Source: Basidiobolus meristosporus CBS 931.73 (Eukaryota > Fungi > Basidiobolomycota). From it: a DNA stretch of 64,000 nt. This document shows, in pieces, positions 62,896 to 64,000 of the stretch; within the stretch, counting starts at the first letter, position 1; each line of letters opens with the position of its first letter. Both the position numbers and the translations under genes were made by a program. The stretch covers positions 39,684-103,683 of the forward strand of contig MCFE01000281.1 in NCBI GenBank assembly GCA_002104905.1. Direction: 5' to 3'. The notes beneath the pieces are model-generated. The model did not search any database. It saw only the letters and a list, made by a program, of their open reading frames with translations, and was not told the origin of the DNA.

Positions 62896-63269
62896 TCAAT
62901 TGGATGCAGATGGGTCTTCAAGACAAAATACAAGGCTGATGGTACAATTGAGATACAAAGCAAGACTTGTAGCCAAAGGATACTCTCAAACAAAAGGACT
63001 TGACTATACTGAGACCTTTGCAACGGTAGCCAAGTTTAATTCCATCAGATTAATATTGGCTATTGCAGCAAAATATAAGTTCTTTATTCAACAAATGGAT
63101 GTAAAAACTGCATTTTTGAATGGAGAACTTGATGAGGACATGTATATGGACCAGCCTGATGGGTTTGCTGACCAAGATAACCCCCATTTGGTCTGCAAGC
63201 TTAAAAAGTCACTATATGGTCTCAAGCAATCACCAAGAGCCTGGAATTGCAAGATAGATTCTTATATAT
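62896..63269 (+). pseudogene. Copia RT N-terminal part
   Basis: [37 protein letters not shown]; cut by the MITE. Confidence 0.92.
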
Positions 63270-64000
63270 TAGACTTGTTCCGTTGGATAGTGCCACATTG
63301 AGCCATGAGTGCCAAATAGTGCCATAGTGTATCTGAGAGTCTTAGCAGACCTAAACTTGGCCACAGAGTGCGGCATATAGTTCTTCATATTCATGCAAAG
63401 CAGCCCCTGTGTTTCACCTACAGGGCAGGAGAAAATCAATTTTTTAACCTTTTTCTTGGGATCAAAATTGTGCATGACATAAAAGAGCACAGACAGACTG
63501 AAGATATGCATCTGGTACACAATACCCATGGCACTCTAAATCTAGCCCCACAGGCTTGTAGCATGTCACAAAAATGCATGGCACTATCTTGGTCCACTGG
63601 TACTATCTGGCACTATAAGTGCTTTGTATAGGTTCTACTTTAGGGCTAATATTTAAATATAGTGCCAGATAGTACCAGTGGATCAAGATAGTGCCATGCA
63701 TTTTTGTGACATGCTACAAGCCTGTGGGGCTAGACTTAGAGTGCCATGGGTATTATGTACCAGATGCGTATCTTCAGTCTGTCTGTGCTCTTTTACGTCA
63801 TGCACAATTTTGATCCCAAGAAAAAGGTTAAAAAATTGATTTTCTCCTGCCCTGTAGGTGAAACACAGGGGCTGCTTTGCATGAATATGCAGAACTATAT
63901 GTCACACTCTGTGGCCAAGTTTAGGTCTGCTGTGACTCTCAAGCACACTATGGCACTATTTGGCACTCATGGCTCAATGTGGCACTATCCAGCGGAACAA
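63270..64000. mobile_element. Palindromic (foldback) MITE of the Harbinger-like family, ~735 bp
   Basis: First 29 nt identical to 1178-1206. Two ~348-bp inverted arms around a 40-bp spacer (63618-63657). The window ends GGAACAA, 5 nt short of the TIR end. Confidence 0.92.

Larger units (their letters stand above)
60281..63269 (+). mobile_element. Young copia A1 element: 5' LTR 60281-60629, PBS 60630-60641, gag-pol; interrupted by a MITE and continuing beyond the window
   Basis: TGTTG...TAACA LTR, PBS GGCTATGAGCCC and a long polyprotein ORF. Confidence 0.95.

Noticed and set aside
1-64000. Neurospora-type RIP
   Set aside because: CpA/TpG are abundant rather than depleted, and copy-to-copy changes centre on CpG.

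Overview
This is eukaryotic, AT-rich, strongly CpG-depleted DNA made almost entirely of nested transposable elements. I found no host gene, rRNA, tRNA or CRISPR array. (1) Ty1/copia retrotransposons: family A1 occurs as many relics plus a young copy at 60281 onward, and family A2 as a complete young copy at 27666-32346 with a GTAGC TSD. Both use a half-tRNA-type PBS (GGYTATGAGCCC). (2) Decayed Ty3/gypsy copies. (3) A non-coding LTR element of LARD type (family B), complete at 38726-43240 with a GTTCC TSD. (4) Two families of ~1.1-1.2 kb solo LTRs with 4-bp TSDs; one carries a variable TAAAGGGG array and recurs at YATC sites. (5) A CACTA/EnSpm-like DNA transposon with CCCTA termini, whose transposase lies head-to-head with an unknown ~650-aa ORF. 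(6) A PIF/Harbinger/ISL2EU-type (DDE_Tnp_4) element at 1178-4590, whose transposase ORF has no CpG while its divergent companion ORF and termini are CpG-rich, plus a ~735-bp palindromic MITE sharing its TIR. Sister copies differ mainly by CpG>TpG/CpA changes, which points to 5mCpG deamination rather than CpA-type RIP. The taxon cannot be determined from this window. All coordinates, counts and alignments were made by eye. Family labels A1, A2, B, C, D and E are my own.
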